From Escherichia coli (lineage in GTDB: Bacteria > Pseudomonadota > Gammaproteobacteria > Enterobacterales > Enterobacteriaceae), in assembly GCF_003334335.1 (NCBI RefSeq), contig NZ_QOWQ01000224.1: a stretch of DNA of 290 nt; one strand, written 5' to 3'. The position numbers and the translations under genes were made by a program. Positions 1 to 290 of the stretch are shown piece after piece. Each line of letters begins with the position of its first letter. Position 1 is the stretch's first letter. The notes beneath the pieces are model-generated. The model worked only from the letters and a program-made list of their open reading frames with translations, was not told the DNA's origin and did not search any database.

Positions 1-42
1 TGAGCTCAGCCAGTCGTACTCGTTTTCCGGGTGACGGAACAT
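1..42 (-). CDS. 5' end of a downstream minus-strand gene (N-terminus MFRHPENEYDWLSS...), product unknown; partial, continues beyond the window
   Basis: ATG at 42..40 shares its A with the upstream TGA (TGATG). The frame stays open for 14 codons to the window edge, using preferred codons (CGT, CCG, GAA, CTG). There is no separate Shine-Dalgarno, as expected for a translationally coupled gene. Only 42 nt are visible, so this could be a chance open frame. Confidence 0.45.
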   Translation of the reverse strand, partial: MFRHPENEYDWLSS

Positions 43-263
43 CAGTTCAGGGTGACGCTCATCAGCCGGACATACGGGCCAAAACTGTCCTTACGGCGTT
101 CTGCAAATACAGCCAGCACACCGGGAATATCCTGCACTTCACGACCGGTATACGCTTCAGTGCCACCATGCCAGCGGTATTTGCCGGTACAGAACGGAAA
201 AAGACGGGATGCAGGATGCTGACGGTGAATACGCATGGCTTCACCACGGGTGATGATTTTCAT
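42..263 (-). CDS. Small basic hypothetical protein (73 aa), function unknown; probably a lambdoid prophage early-region protein, tentatively YdfC-like
   Basis: Complete ORF with ATG at 263..261 and TGA at 44..42. Codon usage strongly favours enterobacterial preferred codons (CGT x7, GGT x4, CTG, GAA, AAA, ACC, CCG). An AGAGG Shine-Dalgarno sits 9 nt upstream of the ATG. The stop overlaps the start of the next minus-strand ORF. The prophage/YdfC resemblance is from memory only and is not verified. Confidence 0.8.
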   Translation of the reverse strand: MKIITRGEAMRIHRQHPASRLFPFCTGKYRWHGGTEAYTGREVQDIPGVLAVFAERRKDSFGPYVRLMSVTLN

Positions 264-272
264 AGTGTGATA

Positions 273-277
273 CCTCT
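273..277 (-). promoter_or_regulatory. Shine-Dalgarno / ribosome-binding site for the 73-aa ORF
   Basis: The minus strand reads 5'-AGAGG-3' (plus strand cctct at 273..277), with a 9-nt spacer (272..264) before the ATG at 263..261. Confidence 0.6.
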
Positions 278-290
278 GAAGACAGAAGAT

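Noticed and set aside
1-8. Palindromic octamer tgagctca containing a SacI site (gagctc)
   Set aside because: A short palindrome of this size is expected by chance and lies inside coding sequence. There is no flanking evidence of an operator, an inverted repeat of a mobile element, or a cloning junction.
1-41. Possible DicF-like sRNA or Rho-independent terminator immediately downstream of the 73-aa ORF, as in the K-12 Qin ydfC-dicF arrangement
   Set aside because: There is no GC-rich stem followed by a U-tract and no resemblance to the DicF sequence as I recall it. Instead the region is occupied by an overlapping open reading frame with good codon usage.
144-189. Short direct repeats cggtat (146..151 and 175..180) and ccggta (145..150 and 184..189)
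   Set aside because: These 6-mers are too short to be significant and fall within coding sequence. They do not form a convincing stem-loop or iteron array.
31-222. Plus-strand ORF of 63 aa starting with GTG (MTEHQFRVTLISRTYGPKLSLRRS...)
   Set aside because: It is antisense to the well-supported minus-strand gene, has no Shine-Dalgarno, uses a non-ATG start, and its composition (rich in S, R, T, P) looks like a shadow frame of the opposite-strand codons. It is most likely a spurious antisense ORF.
62-247. Minus-strand ORF of 61 aa in an alternative frame (MVKPCVFTVSILHPVFFRSVPANTAGMVALKR...)
   Set aside because: It lies entirely inside the 73-aa ORF in a different frame, lacks a ribosome-binding site, and has weaker codon usage. 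It is treated as an overlapping-frame artefact.
1-290. CRISPR repeats, tRNA/rRNA, or insertion-sequence terminal inverted repeats
   Set aside because: No repeated 25-40 nt units, no cloverleaf-compatible segments, and no terminal inverted repeat or transposase-like coding frame are visible. The window is essentially one coding region.

Overview
This 290-bp window is almost entirely coding on the minus strand. It holds one complete small ORF (263..42, 73 aa) with E. coli-like codon usage, preceded by a Shine-Dalgarno sequence and followed by a second minus-strand ORF whose ATG overlaps its stop codon (TGATG at 44..40). This tight, coupled arrangement of short genes is typical of lambdoid prophage early operons in Enterobacteriaceae. 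The protein loosely resembles small uncharacterised prophage early-region proteins (e.g. YdfC-like in the Qin/dicB region), but I cannot confirm that from memory and leave the gene symbol blank. I see no RNA gene, CRISPR repeat, mobile element end or terminator here, and nothing that supports a novel system within these 290 bp.
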